IMG/VR virus record: IMGVR_UViG_3300014204_007089
Span: 42,131-106,130 of that record
Reading direction: 5' to 3' (one strand)
Source: a virus
Taxonomy: Duplodnaviria > Caudoviricetes
DNA length: 64,000 bases
The translations under genes were made by a program, and so were the position numbers. This document shows positions 40,201-51,305 of the stretch, one piece after another. Each line of letters starts with the position of its first letter. The stretch's first letter is position 1. The notes under the pieces are model-generated. The model did no database searches. It was given only the letters and a program-made list of their open reading frames with translations, and was not told the DNA's origin.

Positions 40201-41742
40201 TTATAACAAATCTAATAAAAATTTTGTATATTTTCTAAATTTTTTATTACAAAAATTATATATATCTGTTATTTTAACTGAAGATTCAAAATTTATATCT
40301 TTTAATATATAAACAAACATTATTTCTGTTTCTGAAATGTTATTATCTTTTGGATTAATACCAAATTCTTTTTCATAATATTCACAAGCGTTCTTAAAAT
40401 CTTCAACAGGATTTTTTTTATATTCTTGAATTTTAATATTTTTAATATTTTTTAAATTTATAACTTCTTGATTGATTTTAAAATCTTCTTTAAGAACCTC
40501 TGGAATATATCCCAATTGTCTTTGTATAGAATTTATAAATTTTTGTATATTATCTTTTCCCTTTGTTATAATTTCTTTATTACTATTTTTAAGATTATTA
40601 ACTTTATTTATCAGATTTTTATTATCTGTTTTAATATTAATATCAGTATTAAAACAGATTGGGGGATTTAACATATTATACAATGGTAAAATAGTTACAT
40701 TATTCTTTTTATAATTAAAAATATCATTATCAATTACCCATTCAATAGTTTTAATTAAACCATCTCTTAATGATGTATTTGCTTTAAATCCTAAAACTTC
40801 CTGTGCACGTGATACATCAAGACGTCTAATAGGTTGTCCATTCATATCAATTTTACCATTAAAAACTATTTTACCAGAATAATTTACAAGTTCTGCTATT
40901 AATTCAGCCAAATCTTTTATTGAAATATCAACGCCAGTTCCAAGATTAACCGGATCATTATAATCTACTTCTTCAACTACAGCTTTACAAATAGCTTCTG
41001 CACAATCTTTTGCATAAAAAAATTCTCTGGTAGGAGTTCCATCTCCCCATATTTCTACTTCTGATAAGTTATTATTCTTTGAATCAAGAAATTTACGAAT
41101 TAACGCTGGAATTACATGACCATTTCTATAATCAAAATTATCATAATTACCATACATATTTACTGGTAAAAAATGCATTCCTTTAAGACCAAATTGATCT
41201 CTAAAACATTGTTGCATTAATAGCATTACTCTCTTACTTTCACCATATCCGGCATTTGTAGGTTCTTCAAATCCATTCCACAAATCAGTTTCTTTAAATG
41301 GAACTGGACAAATTTCCGGATATTCACAAATAGAACCAACTCCATATAAATGAGTAATTGGACGTTCACAATTTATTTGTTTAATAGTATTATTTTGCCA
41401 AGTATTAATAGTTCTAATACCCTCAAATAAATTAATAGTCATCTTTAAATTTTCATGAATAAAAATAGCTGGATTATCTTTATTAGCTCCAATACCACCA
41501 CAAAGAGCAGCCATATGTAAAATAATATTTGGACGATGTTGTTGTAAATATTTTAAAACACTTTCATAACTTAATAAGTTTAATTCTTTAGATGATGGTG
41601 TTAATAATTTAAATCTTGGTTCTTTTAAATATGCAATATGCTTTGATAAAGGATTAACCTCTCTTGCATATTTTTTTAATAAAGGAACAACATGATGACC
41701 TAAAAATGATGAACCACCAGTTACTAATATTATCTTTGACAT
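40201..41742 (-). CDS. fcl: GDP-L-fucose synthase with C-terminal extension
   Basis: AALCGGIGAN, EPTNAGYGESK, HVIPALIRKF, WGDGTPTREF. Confidence 0.88.
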   Translation of the reverse strand: MSKIILVTGGSSFLGHHVVPLLKKYAREVNPLSKHIAYLKEPRFKLLTPSSKELNLLSYESVLKYLQQHRPNIILHMAALCGGIGANKDNPAIFIHENLKMTINLFEGIRTINTWQNNTIKQINCERPITHLYGVGSICEYPEICPVPFKETDLWNGFEEPTNAGYGESKRVMLLMQQCFRDQFGLKGMHFLPVNMYGNYDNFDYRNGHVIPALIRKFLDSKNNNLSEVEIWGDGTPTREFFYAKDCAEAICKAVVEEVDYNDPVNLGTGVDISIKDLAELIAELVNYSGKIVFNGKIDMNGQPIRRLDVSRAQEVLGFKANTSLRDGLIKTIEWVIDNDIFNYKKNNVTILPLYNMLNPPICFNTDINIKTDNKNLINKVNNLKNSNKEIITKGKDNIQKFINSIQRQLGYIPEVLKEDFKINQEVINLKNIKNIKIQEYKKNPVEDFKNACEYYEKEFGINPKDNNISETEIMFVYILKDINFESSVKITDIYNFCNKKFRKYTKFLLDLL

Positions 41743-41773
41743 ATTTTACCTTTTTATTTATTAAATTTAATAT

Positions 41774-42763
41774 TTATAAATTATTTAATAATAGTTTTTC
41801 TTTATAAGCTAATTTTAAATCATTATCAACCATTTCTTCAACTAATTGTTTAAATGTATATTTTGGTTTCCATCCAAGAATTGTACGAATTTTTGTAGAG
41901 TCTCCACATAAAGCATCTACTTCAGTTGGTCTAATATATCTAGAATCAAATTCAATATATTTATTATAATCTAAATTTAATATATCAAAAACAATCTCTA
42001 AAAACTCTTTAACAGAATGCATTTCTCCAGAAGCTACTACCCAATCATCTGCCTTAGGAGAATTAACCATCATCCACAATGCGTTAGACACATCCTTAGC
42101 ATGATTCCAATCTCGTTTAGAATCTAGATTACCAAGAATTAATTTATCTTGTAATCCTATTTTTATTCTAGCTGCTGCTCTGGTAATTTTTCTTGTAACA
42201 AAAGTTTCTCCCCTACGCATACTTTCGTGGTTAAAACTGATTGAATTTGCTGCAAAAAGTTTTTCTGATTCTCTATAATTAATAACTGACCAATAACCAG
42301 CTATTTTTGCAGCTCCATATGGAGATCTTGGATGAAATGGTGTTGTTTCGCTTTGTGGAGGTGGAGAATTCCCAAACAATTCAGAAGTTGATGCTTGTAC
42401 AAATTTTGTATGAGAACTAAAATTACATAAAGCTTCTAAACATCTAACAACACCAGTTGCACCAATATCCATTGTATATTCTGGAATATCAAAACTTACA
42501 CGCACATGTGACATTGCAGCCATATTATAAAATTCATCTGGTTGAACTAAACGAACCCAATTGGCTATAGATCCGTAATCAGATAAATCACCAAAAGATA
42601 AATGCAAGTCATTATAGATATGATTTATTCTCTCAGTATTAAAAGAACTACTACGTCTAATTAAACCATGTACTTCATAACCCTTCTCTAATAAAATATC
42701 AGCTAAATATGAACCAGTTTGTCCAGTAATTCCTGTTATACACGCTCTCTTCATTAAAACCAC
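41774..42763 (-). CDS. gmd: GDP-mannose 4,6-dehydratase
   Basis: ITGITGQTGSYLA, RRSSSFN, SHVRVSF, PRSPYGAAK, FNHES, ETFVTRKIT. Confidence 0.95.
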   Translation of the reverse strand: MVLMKRACITGITGQTGSYLADILLEKGYEVHGLIRRSSSFNTERINHIYNDLHLSFGDLSDYGSIANWVRLVQPDEFYNMAAMSHVRVSFDIPEYTMDIGATGVVRCLEALCNFSSHTKFVQASTSELFGNSPPPQSETTPFHPRSPYGAAKIAGYWSVINYRESEKLFAANSISFNHESMRRGETFVTRKITRAAARIKIGLQDKLILGNLDSKRDWNHAKDVSNALWMMVNSPKADDWVVASGEMHSVKEFLEIVFDILNLDYNKYIEFDSRYIRPTEVDALCGDSTKIRTILGWKPKYTFKQLVEEMVDNDLKLAYKEKLLLNNL

Positions 42764-42841
42764 ACTTTCATTATTTAATAAATCCTAATCAAATAATATA
42801 TCACCCTTGAAAATGATTTTGTGAAATTTTAATAAAATATA

Positions 42842-43475
42842 TTATTTCGTAAATATATAATTATATTGTAATTTTTGATTTAGTTTATAACCAATAGATT
42901 TCATATATTCAGTGTAAGTTGGAGTGTGAATCCAATTTTCAAGTAAAATAACTTTTGGAGTATATTTGCTTACATCAAATCCTTTCATCACTTCTAATTC
43001 CCAACCTTCTGTATCCACACTAAGAAAATCTACATGATCAATATTTAATTCAGATAATATTGTATTTAATGTTCTTACTTTAACTTTAATATTTTTAATA
43101 GGTAATAAATTTATAGAAACTTGACCATGTTTAAGATAAGTGTCTTTTATAGTTAAAGATGAATAACTATGATCTGTAATTGTATTATTATTATAATCAT
43201 CAGAAAAATGTACAACTTGAAAATCAACATCATCTTTATTTTCAAATGAACAAGCATATTGATGAATTTCATTTCCACAATCCAAATGCATTTGGACATA
43301 TTTCGGATTAGGATCAATACAGATACAACGCCACCCAGATTCTCTAAAGTGTACTAATGAAATCTGGAGTTGCTGCACCAACCTCTACCATAACACCTTT
43401 AAAAGAAAAGTCAGAAAAATAATTTTCTCTAATTACTTTATCAGTTTCAAATTCAGCATAATATTTATTTACCAT
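42842..43475 (-). pseudogene. FkbM-family methyltransferase, frameshifted
   Basis: ATG 43475 gives MVNKYY...VEVGAATPDFIS; the frame changes at ~43352 to HFRESGWRCICIDPNP...SVDTEGWE. Confidence 0.75.
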
Positions 43476-43484
43476 AAAATCCTT

Positions 43485-44735
43485 TTATATAATTTCAATT
43501 TCTGGGAAAGGAAAAATAAACTTTCCACCATTTTCAATAAATTCTTTTTCTCGTTTTAATATTCCATCCTTAAAATGCCAAGGAAGTACAAGAAAAAAAT
43601 CTGGTTTCATATCACGAGCTTCTTGTTCAGATATAATTGGAATATTGCTACCTGGAGTAAATCTGCCAAATTTATAATTATTTACATCTGCAATAAAAGG
43701 AATTTCTGCACTTGTAAAACCACAAAATTGTAATAACACATTTCCTTTTGTAGATGCTCCATATCCAAATACTTTTTTACCAGAATTTACTAAAGATGTA
43801 ATTAATTGTTTTAAATCATACTTATGTTTAAATACCCTTTCTTCAAAATCACGATATGGTCTAGGAGTATTTAAACCCATTTTATTTTCCTGGAATAAAA
43901 GCCAATTAATAATTGGTGAATTTGGAATAAAATTTGATTTAGTTTTTGCTGCTGTAACTGCAAAACTACCACCATTTATACCATTCATATTAACATCTAT
44001 AATTTTCATATCAGCACATTCTAATATATATTTAATTACAGATAATGAATAATATTCAACATGTTCATGACAAATAGTGTCATAAGATGTTGTTCTCAAC
44101 ATAGATGGCATATAACTTTGTTCAAAATGCCATATTCCATCATCATCTAATATAGAATAAATATCACGAACAAATTTTATTGGATCTTCTAAATCATAAA
44201 ACATAGCAATAGATGTAATTATTTTAATTTTTTTATTAGTTATATTTTCAATAATTTCTTTTGAAAAGAAATTACTTATTAATATGATATCATCAGGATA
44301 ATATTCTTTGAATTTAATTGCTGTAGGATCTACTCCAATTCTTTCAATTCCTTTTACATTATATGATTTTAATAATGTTCCATCATTAGACCCAATATCT
44401 AAAACTACATCACCACTATTTAAACCTATATTCTTTTGTAAAAATAAAACTTTATTTTTTAAATGATTTACCATTGAATAATTTAATCCAGATCGATATC
44501 CGTAATTATCACCATACATTTCATCTGGATTAAAAGAATGTTTCATTTGAACAAGTCCACTATCAGGGCACCATACTAATTCTAAAGGAACTGATGATAT
44601 GTTTTCATCTTTACTCTTAGGAAATACACCAGTTAAACATTGATGTCCTAAATTAAGTATACTTATTAAATTATTACTATTATTTAACCTACATTTATTA
44701 ATTTCTTTATAATTATTTTTATACATAAACACCAA
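43485..44735 (-). CDS. NDP-hexose C-methyltransferase (TylCIII/NovU-like)
   Basis: N-terminal Zn-type domain, LDIGSNDG, YDTICHEH, GYGASTKG, VLPWHF. Confidence 0.85.
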   Translation of the reverse strand: MVFMYKNNYKEINKCRLNNSNNLISILNLGHQCLTGVFPKSKDENISSVPLELVWCPDSGLVQMKHSFNPDEMYGDNYGYRSGLNYSMVNHLKNKVLFLQKNIGLNSGDVVLDIGSNDGTLLKSYNVKGIERIGVDPTAIKFKEYYPDDIILISNFFSKEIIENITNKKIKIITSIAMFYDLEDPIKFVRDIYSILDDDGIWHFEQSYMPSMLRTTSYDTICHEHVEYYSLSVIKYILECADMKIIDVNMNGINGGSFAVTAAKTKSNFIPNSPIINWLLFQENKMGLNTPRPYRDFEERVFKHKYDLKQLITSLVNSGKKVFGYGASTKGNVLLQFCGFTSAEIPFIADVNNYKFGRFTPGSNIPIISEQEARDMKPDFFLVLPWHFKDGILKREKEFIENGGKFIFPFPEIEII

Positions 44736-44759
44736 TATTGTATAATATTCAACTTAGTA

Positions 44760-44930
44760 TATATCAAAGAATTCCTAGAGTGAACTACCCCTACCTAAAG
44801 GAAGGGGCTTCCTATCGGTTGACTTACGTCAACCAGCAAGGCTTTGAATTCGGGCTGTTCCATCCCGAATTTTAATATATTAATCGCAGCATTGATATCT
44901 CTATCATGACATGCTCCGCAGGAGCATGTC
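44760..44930 (-). ncRNA. Putative omega/reRNA of tnpB (boundaries approximate)
   Basis: Inferred from standard TnpB architecture: overlaps tnpB 3' end and right end, guide from the flank. Confidence 0.5.
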
Positions 44931-46075
44931 CATTCTCTATCATTTAATTGTAATTCTTTATTAACTTTTCCACATATTGAACAGGTCTTAGAACTGGGTT
45001 CAAATCTTCCGATTTGAACCAATTTCTTTCCATAGAATTCTGCTTTATATTTGATATAATTTACAAAAGTTGACCATGAACAATCTGCAATATATCTAGA
45101 TAATATGGTAGGAGATTTTTCAAGTAGATCTTTTACACTAAGATTTTCCATAATTATAACGTGGTTTTTGTTTATAATTTTTAGACTTTCCTTATGTAAG
45201 AAATCAGATCTAACATTACTAATCTTTTCATGTTCTCTAGATAATAGTAACTTTATCTTCTTATAATTATTTGATCCTTTAGTTTTCAAAGACAATTGTC
45301 TTTGAAGTTTTTGTATCTTCCTTAAATGTTTATTATATGTTTTAGGATTAGCAATTTTTTCTTTATCAGAAAAAACTGCAAAATCTTTAATTCCCAAATC
45401 TATTCCTATAATATTAGGTCCAAATATAAATTCAGGATTGGGTATATTGTTTTCTACTAAAATAGAAATATAATATTTTTCAGTTGTTGTTTTAGTTAAA
45501 GTGCAAGTTTTAATTGTACCTTCAAAACTTCTATGAAGTTTTGCTTTAGTCCACTTAAGATAAGGAAGAAATATTTTTCCTTTGGAAAAATCAATTCTTA
45601 CTCCTTGTGGAAAAGAGCATGTTTGTTTATTATATCTAGATTTGAATTTAGGAAAACCTGCTCCATGTTTGAAGAAATTAATATAAGCAGTATCTTGATG
45701 TCTCAAACTTTGTTGCAAAGTTTGAGATGGAACTTCTTTTAGGAAAGGATTTTCTTCTTTCAAAGAGAGAAGAAAATCAGAAGCCAAATCATTATAATAT
45801 ATAGATTTCTTTTCAGAATTGTATAGATTTTTACGATATTCTAGGGCATGATTATACACAAATCTGCAAGAACCGAAAGTTCTTGCAAGAATATCTTCTT
45901 GTATTTTTGAAGGGTATAATCTATATTTATAAGTTTTTTGCATAACTAAAATCTTAATTAAGTATATATCGAATAATCATCTAGTTTAAAGGAAAAGCAA
46001 TGGATATAGAAAAATAAAAGTGCAATGGTCCAATTCATCCCCTGCCTAAAGGCAGGGGTCTTCTTGTCCATAATG
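44780..46075 (-). mobile_element. IS200/IS605 element, TnpB only
   Basis: TTTAT|CATTATGGAC..., left hairpin CCCCTGCCTTTAGGCAGGGG, tnpB, right hairpin and ...GGGTAGTTCAC. Confidence 0.88.
44795..45943 (-). CDS. tnpB: RNA-guided endonuclease TnpB
   Basis: YKYRLYP, GIDLG, IMENL, SSKTCSICG, HDRDINAA; RuvC D/E/D intact. Confidence 0.95.
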   Translation of the reverse strand: MQKTYKYRLYPSKIQEDILARTFGSCRFVYNHALEYRKNLYNSEKKSIYYNDLASDFLLSLKEENPFLKEVPSQTLQQSLRHQDTAYINFFKHGAGFPKFKSRYNKQTCSFPQGVRIDFSKGKIFLPYLKWTKAKLHRSFEGTIKTCTLTKTTTEKYYISILVENNIPNPEFIFGPNIIGIDLGIKDFAVFSDKEKIANPKTYNKHLRKIQKLQRQLSLKTKGSNNYKKIKLLLSREHEKISNVRSDFLHKESLKIINKNHVIIMENLSVKDLLEKSPTILSRYIADCSWSTFVNYIKYKAEFYGKKLVQIGRFEPSSKTCSICGKVNKELQLNDREWTCSCGACHDRDINAAINILKFGMEQPEFKALLVDVSQPIGSPFL

Positions 46076-46106
46076 ATAAAAATACTTACATTTAAGTTAA
46101 ATCTTT

Positions 46107-46793
46107 TTATTTTTCATAAAATAATGCATTATATAATTTATAATCTTCAATATTTGTTAAATAAATAAATTCCTTTAATTCATCACTATATTCATATTCA
46201 TTTTCTTTATAAGAAACATTACACATTGGGATAAGATTAATATCAACATTTAAAAAATCACTTAATTTATAATAAAAATTATAAATATTTTCTATACACC
46301 CTACTAAAAAATAATTTTTCTTTATATTTTCAAAAGCATCTTCCCAAAGAATTTTATCACAATTAAAACTTAACATTTTTGTTTGTAAATTTGATATTTC
46401 ATAATTATTTATATGATATAAATATTTAGCAAATTCAAGATATGTTAATTTATAGTGATTAATATAATTATACAAATAATGATTTTTATCTCTTTTTACA
46501 TAATTATAAAAGGAAATAAATCTATTAAACGGATGCCTCATTATTGAAATATGTACTATATTTTTATCATGATTAAAAAATGGATTTAAACCATAATTAA
46601 AATGTCCCCCTGAAGCCACATAATTAGATATATCTTTATCTTCAAATGATTCTTTATATACATGTAAATATTTTTCATTTAATGCATTTGTAATCCATGT
46701 ATTAAAAGATGTTCCGCCACATTTGGGAATATGTGTAAATATTAAAAATTGTTCTTCAAAATTAAATTTATACATTTTTTTTAAAAAAATCAT
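46107..46793 (-). CDS. Sulfotransferase (family 2-like)
   Basis: HIPKCGGTS (5'-PSB) and MRHPFNRFISFY (3'-PB). Confidence 0.85.
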   Translation of the reverse strand: MIFLKKMYKFNFEEQFLIFTHIPKCGGTSFNTWITNALNEKYLHVYKESFEDKDISNYVASGGHFNYGLNPFFNHDKNIVHISIMRHPFNRFISFYNYVKRDKNHYLYNYINHYKLTYLEFAKYLYHINNYEISNLQTKMLSFNCDKILWEDAFENIKKNYFLVGCIENIYNFYYKLSDFLNVDINLIPMCNVSYKENEYEYSDELKEFIYLTNIEDYKLYNALFYEK

Positions 46794-47487
46794 AAGTTGT
46801 ATTAGATTGTTTTATTTTATTTTTTATATTTTTACTAACAGTATATTTAGATAAAGCAGATGGCAAATATTGAATAATATCTGATGGATCTATACCCAAA
46901 AATTCACCACATAATATATCTTTCATATCCCATGTTCGTAAATTAGATATGTGTAAATGATAACATTTAATTAAAAATGAAGGATTAATTGGTAAATAAC
47001 CGCTTTTAAAAAATTGATAAGATATTCTAGAATCACATCCTGCAACACCCATACAAAAATCTACATCTTCAACTATAATAGGTGTTTTTAATATCCATGT
47101 ATCATAACACGCTGAAATTTTTTCATGAAACCAGTTGTCATTATTTGATAATGTATGCCATCTAGATAAACAATATGCATAATCTTTTTCAAAAGTTACA
47201 CACTCTAAAGTATCATCAAAATAAATATCTGCATTTGAAATAATAACAATTTCATTATACATAATATGTTCATTTGCATAATCTATTAAATTTCTAAAAG
47301 TTGGTTTAGTATTAATATTTACAAAATTAACCTTATCATATTCTGTTATATTTTTAATACCAATATCTTCAGATAAAATATTAATTGATTTTATAAATTT
47401 ATTATTACTATTATTTTTTAAACAAGAATAATATTCTTCATTTCGGTTTTCGGAATTAGATTTAAAAAAAGTTGTTATTAAATGCAT
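46768..47487 (-). CDS. Putative GT-A glycosyltransferase-like protein
   Basis: ISNADIYFD, LSRW, GCD, HLH. Confidence 0.5.
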   Translation of the reverse strand: MHLITTFFKSNSENRNEEYYSCLKNNSNNKFIKSINILSEDIGIKNITEYDKVNFVNINTKPTFRNLIDYANEHIMYNEIVIISNADIYFDDTLECVTFEKDYAYCLSRWHTLSNNDNWFHEKISACYDTWILKTPIIVEDVDFCMGVAGCDSRISYQFFKSGYLPINPSFLIKCYHLHISNLRTWDMKDILCGEFLGIDPSDIIQYLPSALSKYTVSKNIKNKIKQSNTTYDFFKKNV

Positions 47488-47495
47488 TTAAATCC

Positions 47496-49211
47496 TTATA
47501 TTTTATTTAATTCTTTATCTATAATTTCATAAACATCTTTTATATAAATAGTGTCAGACCCAATAATTTTAGCATTATATTTCATAGGAATTTTTTTTAT
47601 CCAACTATATGTCATAATTTCATTCTTTAAAAAAATTATAAATTTACAATTTCTTTGATAATTATCAATAGTTATTGAAAAAGAATAAGGACCAGAACCT
47701 CTTCCAATTATAACTTCAGAATTTAATGATAAATAACTGTTTTCATTTAAATCTGAACCTTTAATATTTATAATATCTTCTGTAAAAAACAAATTATCTC
47801 GCCTGATAATATCATTTTTTTTACTAGAAATTAAAAATATAAAATCTTTATATTTATTAGTAATACAATTAATTATAGGACTGAAATTAAATTCAAAAGC
47901 TTGTTCAGAATGAACATCACCATTTGATATAAATATTTTTTTCTTACCATGATAATTATTTAATAATAGATTAACATTATCTATATCACATTTTTTATAA
48001 TCTATTTTGGGAAAAAAATCCCAAATATTATAATTAGTTATATCTATATTAAAATATTTTAATATAATCTCTTTAAAATATTCATATAAACAATCAAAAT
48101 TAGCTTTATATATATTAAAAATATTTAAATTTGTAGAAAACCATGTATTTATATATAATACATTATTTCTAATATGTGTTGGACTATTTGGTTTAAGATA
48201 ATTTACATTTATTTTATTACATTTGATATTAATATCTTTTAATAAAGACAGATCATTGTTATGTAAATATTCACATTCATAACCTAATCCCATAATAAAT
48301 TTTACAAAAGATCTGCTAACATGAATATCTCCATTATGCCAAAAATTAAAGAAAACTATTTTATTAAATTTGTAAATAAAATTATCCTCTTCATTTACAT
48401 CAATAATTTCTTGTTCTATTGGAAATATAATATTTTTTTTATCTTCACATGTTATTAAAATTTTCTTTAGAAAAATCTTTCCTTTTGTAGATATTGGTCT
48501 TTTAATAATAATGCTATAAGATTCCTGATCTGATGTTATTGAAATATCAGTTGTATATGATTTTAATACAGCTGATGCTATATTTGTTTTATATTGTTTG
48601 TCATTTAATAATCCAAATATAAACTTCCCATTTCCATCAATTCTATATAAATCAACCGTAATAAAATATATCTTATCTTTATCTAATTTTGGTATCTCTA
48701 TTGTATAATTACTAGTATTACCAATAATTACACCATTATCACAAATCTTAGCTCCATTTTTACAATCGAATTCACTAAATCCAAATATTTCAGAATTATA
48801 AATAACATTTGTATTTTGTAAATTATCAATTATTGATTTTTTTAATTCAATATCATTGTATAATAAAATTTCATCAACAAGATATATTTTACCCTTATTT
48901 TTTGCTAATGGTTTAATAGTAATTAAACCATCTACACCAATAGATAATGATATACTTTGATTTTCTAAATTAATTTTAAAATCTTTACATATACCATTAG
49001 ATGAAATATTTACAATATCATTAATATAATCTTGTTTAAATTTTAAAACACACCTGTTAGCTTTTATATTTTTAAAATTTAAACACAAATTACTAACATT
49101 AGAATTCAATACCAAACCATCTCTTGTAAAAGAAATATTTTGTATAGAAAATACATAATCTTTAAATTCTAATGGTAATATCTTTTTTAATAAAAAATTT
49201 GCCATACACAC
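47496..49211 (-). CDS. Two beta-rich repeats fused to a putative GT-B domain
   Basis: C-terminal half (WHNGDIH...YINTW...ENSYLS...IIGRGSGP) is paralogous to 53830..54702. Confidence 0.5.
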   Translation of the reverse strand: MCMANFLLKKILPLEFKDYVFSIQNISFTRDGLVLNSNVSNLCLNFKNIKANRCVLKFKQDYINDIVNISSNGICKDFKINLENQSISLSIGVDGLITIKPLAKNKGKIYLVDEILLYNDIELKKSIIDNLQNTNVIYNSEIFGFSEFDCKNGAKICDNGVIIGNTSNYTIEIPKLDKDKIYFITVDLYRIDGNGKFIFGLLNDKQYKTNIASAVLKSYTTDISITSDQESYSIIIKRPISTKGKIFLKKILITCEDKKNIIFPIEQEIIDVNEEDNFIYKFNKIVFFNFWHNGDIHVSRSFVKFIMGLGYECEYLHNNDLSLLKDINIKCNKINVNYLKPNSPTHIRNNVLYINTWFSTNLNIFNIYKANFDCLYEYFKEIILKYFNIDITNYNIWDFFPKIDYKKCDIDNVNLLLNNYHGKKKIFISNGDVHSEQAFEFNFSPIINCITNKYKDFIFLISSKKNDIIRRDNLFFTEDIINIKGSDLNENSYLSLNSEVIIGRGSGPYSFSITIDNYQRNCKFIIFLKNEIMTYSWIKKIPMKYNAKIIGSDTIYIKDVYEIIDKELNKI

Positions 49212-49909
49212 CTATAAAATAAATGAAATAATATTATTAATTCTCTCATCAAACCCACTTTTAATATTTAAATGAAACCCATTTTTCTTTACCATTCTCA
49301 ACTGAAAATTCTTCATGAGTTTCCCCAAACCATTTTTCTTTCTTTGGAATATCATTAGTAGAAAAATAAGCATTGTTAAAACTAATAAAATCAAATTTAT
49401 ATCCAATATTAAGCCCTAGTACATAATCTATAATAGTTTTCAAACCAAGGTGGTTATATTCTATACATAGAACAGTTGGAAGCATGTTAGATTTAGACAT
49501 TCCATCTAATACTTTAATTTCAAAACCTTCAACATCTAAACAAAAAAGATCAACTTTATTAATATTATATTTATTAAATATGAAGTTTAAATCAGTATAA
49601 CTAATTGTTTTAACTTCATATTCTTTAAATGATATAATTGGATGATAATTTAATTCATCTAAATGTTCTGCTGTATGTTTAAAAGATCCATTACCAGAAC
49701 ACTCACCTGTAGGTGTGATAACATCTTTAAACATTAAAGTCTCTGTTTTATCAGATAATCCCATGTTTAAATTTATACTCTTTGGTCTATTTCTTATTAA
49801 TCCTTGATAATATTTACTAGATGGCTCAAAATTAATACCTTTCCATCCCATAAATTCTTCAAAGAATTTACAACAGCTAATACTAACTCCATCAACAGCT
49901 CCTGCTTCT

Positions 49910-51305
49910 GTCAACCACCCCCACCAAGCAAAGCTTGGTAGGGGCTTGTATCTACCAGACAATTGGTTAGTATCCCTTCAATTGCCCCGGAATTCAATCC
50001 AGGCGATAATTTAATAGTCGGATAATGTCTTTCAACATTATCAATCTTTTTCAGACTATTGTTTGGCTCATTGACTGGAGCCTGCTCTTTCGAGATTTTT
50101 TCACTTATCCATAAGTCTCTAATATTCTTTGAAGCATTGAAATCTGCTCCATCTTTATGCCCACACTTTATACAATGAAATTCACTTCCCTTGCGATTCT
50201 TGCGAGATATGTATCCGCAAGAATTGCATCTCTGACTTGTATATTGTGGATTTACATAATCTACTACCTTCCCAATTGCTTCAGCTTTGTATTTAGTATA
50301 CATTTCCAATTGGTAGAAACTCCAATTAGAAATTCTCCTATTCATTCTTTTGCCCTTGGATTTCTTATTCATCTTTGAAAGTTTTTCAAAGATGAAATAT
50401 TGGAAAGGTAATTGCACTAGAGATTTAGAAATAATATGATTTTCATTTTGGCTGAACCGCTTTTCTCGTCCTGACAAAATACGTAAACGTGTTTTGGCAG
50501 CGCGAGTGCCTTTTGCCTGAAGCTTTTTCCTATTATAACTATTCTTTCTTTTTATTTTATTACGATGTTTTCCTGACACTTCCATACCATTAGAACAACT
50601 AATAGTATTAATTATTCCCCGATCAATACCCAGAACATCGCCTTCTGCATTTGCAGAAGGCTGGTCTGAAGTAAAGATTAGAGAAACAAAGAACTGTTGT
50701 TTTTGTTTCTCAAAGGTTAATTGCAGTCCTTTATATTTCCATTTATCTTTTCCATTAACTTTTTCAGTTATTAAGTATTGGAAATATTTTGGAATTTCTA
50801 TTATAGTTTTATAACGATAATTTTTAGTTAAAGTAGAAATTGTTAATAAATTTCCTCTTAAAGAAGAAGTTCTTAAATCAAATTGAACTCCTGAGGAATT
50901 CGATTTTGATGACTTAAATTTCCATGGTTTTTTCTTATTATTAGTTTTAATATTTCCAATAGCAGAATCTCTAATGGATTGAATAAGAGCAGAAGGAAGA
51001 TCTGGGAATTGATTAGTAAGATCGGAATAAAGATCTACATGTACTTTTTTAGTATTAATTGATTTGTGCTCAAAGCACCAATCCACATGAGTATTATATA
51101 CTTTAGAAGCCATATCCATAAGAGGTAAAAATTGATCTTTAGGAAGATCAATTTTTATCTTCATAGTTCTGGAAATAGTTTTCTTTTTAGATTTAGGATT
51201 TGGCATATAAAGTATTTTGACTCATGTTTGGAAAATGTAAAGGGCATTAATGCAATTCATCCCCCACCAAGACAAGCTTGGTAGGGGTTTTCTTGCATTG
51301 CTTTG
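49910..51305 (-). mobile_element. IS200/IS605 element, TnpB only
   Basis: TTTAT|CAAAGC...GGTTGAC; near-identical hairpins CCCCTACCAAGC..TTGGTGGGGG at both ends; no target duplication. Confidence 0.9.
49911..51206 (-). CDS. tnpB: RNA-guided endonuclease TnpB
   Basis: GIDRG, IFEKL, YTSQRCNSCG, CIKCG, ADFNASKNI. Confidence 0.93.
   Translation of the reverse strand: MPNPKSKKKTISRTMKIKIDLPKDQFLPLMDMASKVYNTHVDWCFEHKSINTKKVHVDLYSDLTNQFPDLPSALIQSIRDSAIGNIKTNNKKKPWKFKSSKSNSSGVQFDLRTSSLRGNLLTISTLTKNYRYKTIIEIPKYFQYLITEKVNGKDKWKYKGLQLTFEKQKQQFFVSLIFTSDQPSANAEGDVLGIDRGIINTISCSNGMEVSGKHRNKIKRKNSYNRKKLQAKGTRAAKTRLRILSGREKRFSQNENHIISKSLVQLPFQYFIFEKLSKMNKKSKGKRMNRRISNWSFYQLEMYTKYKAEAIGKVVDYVNPQYTSQRCNSCGYISRKNRKGSEFHCIKCGHKDGADFNASKNIRDLWISEKISKEQAPVNEPNNSLKKIDNVERHYPTIKLSPGLNSGAIEGILTNCLVDTSPYQALLGGGG

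Noticed and set aside
49910-51305. IStron (group I intron-TnpB hybrid) restoring fkbM by splicing
   Set aside because: Only about 100 nt precede tnpB and the element ends in C, not the terminal G required.
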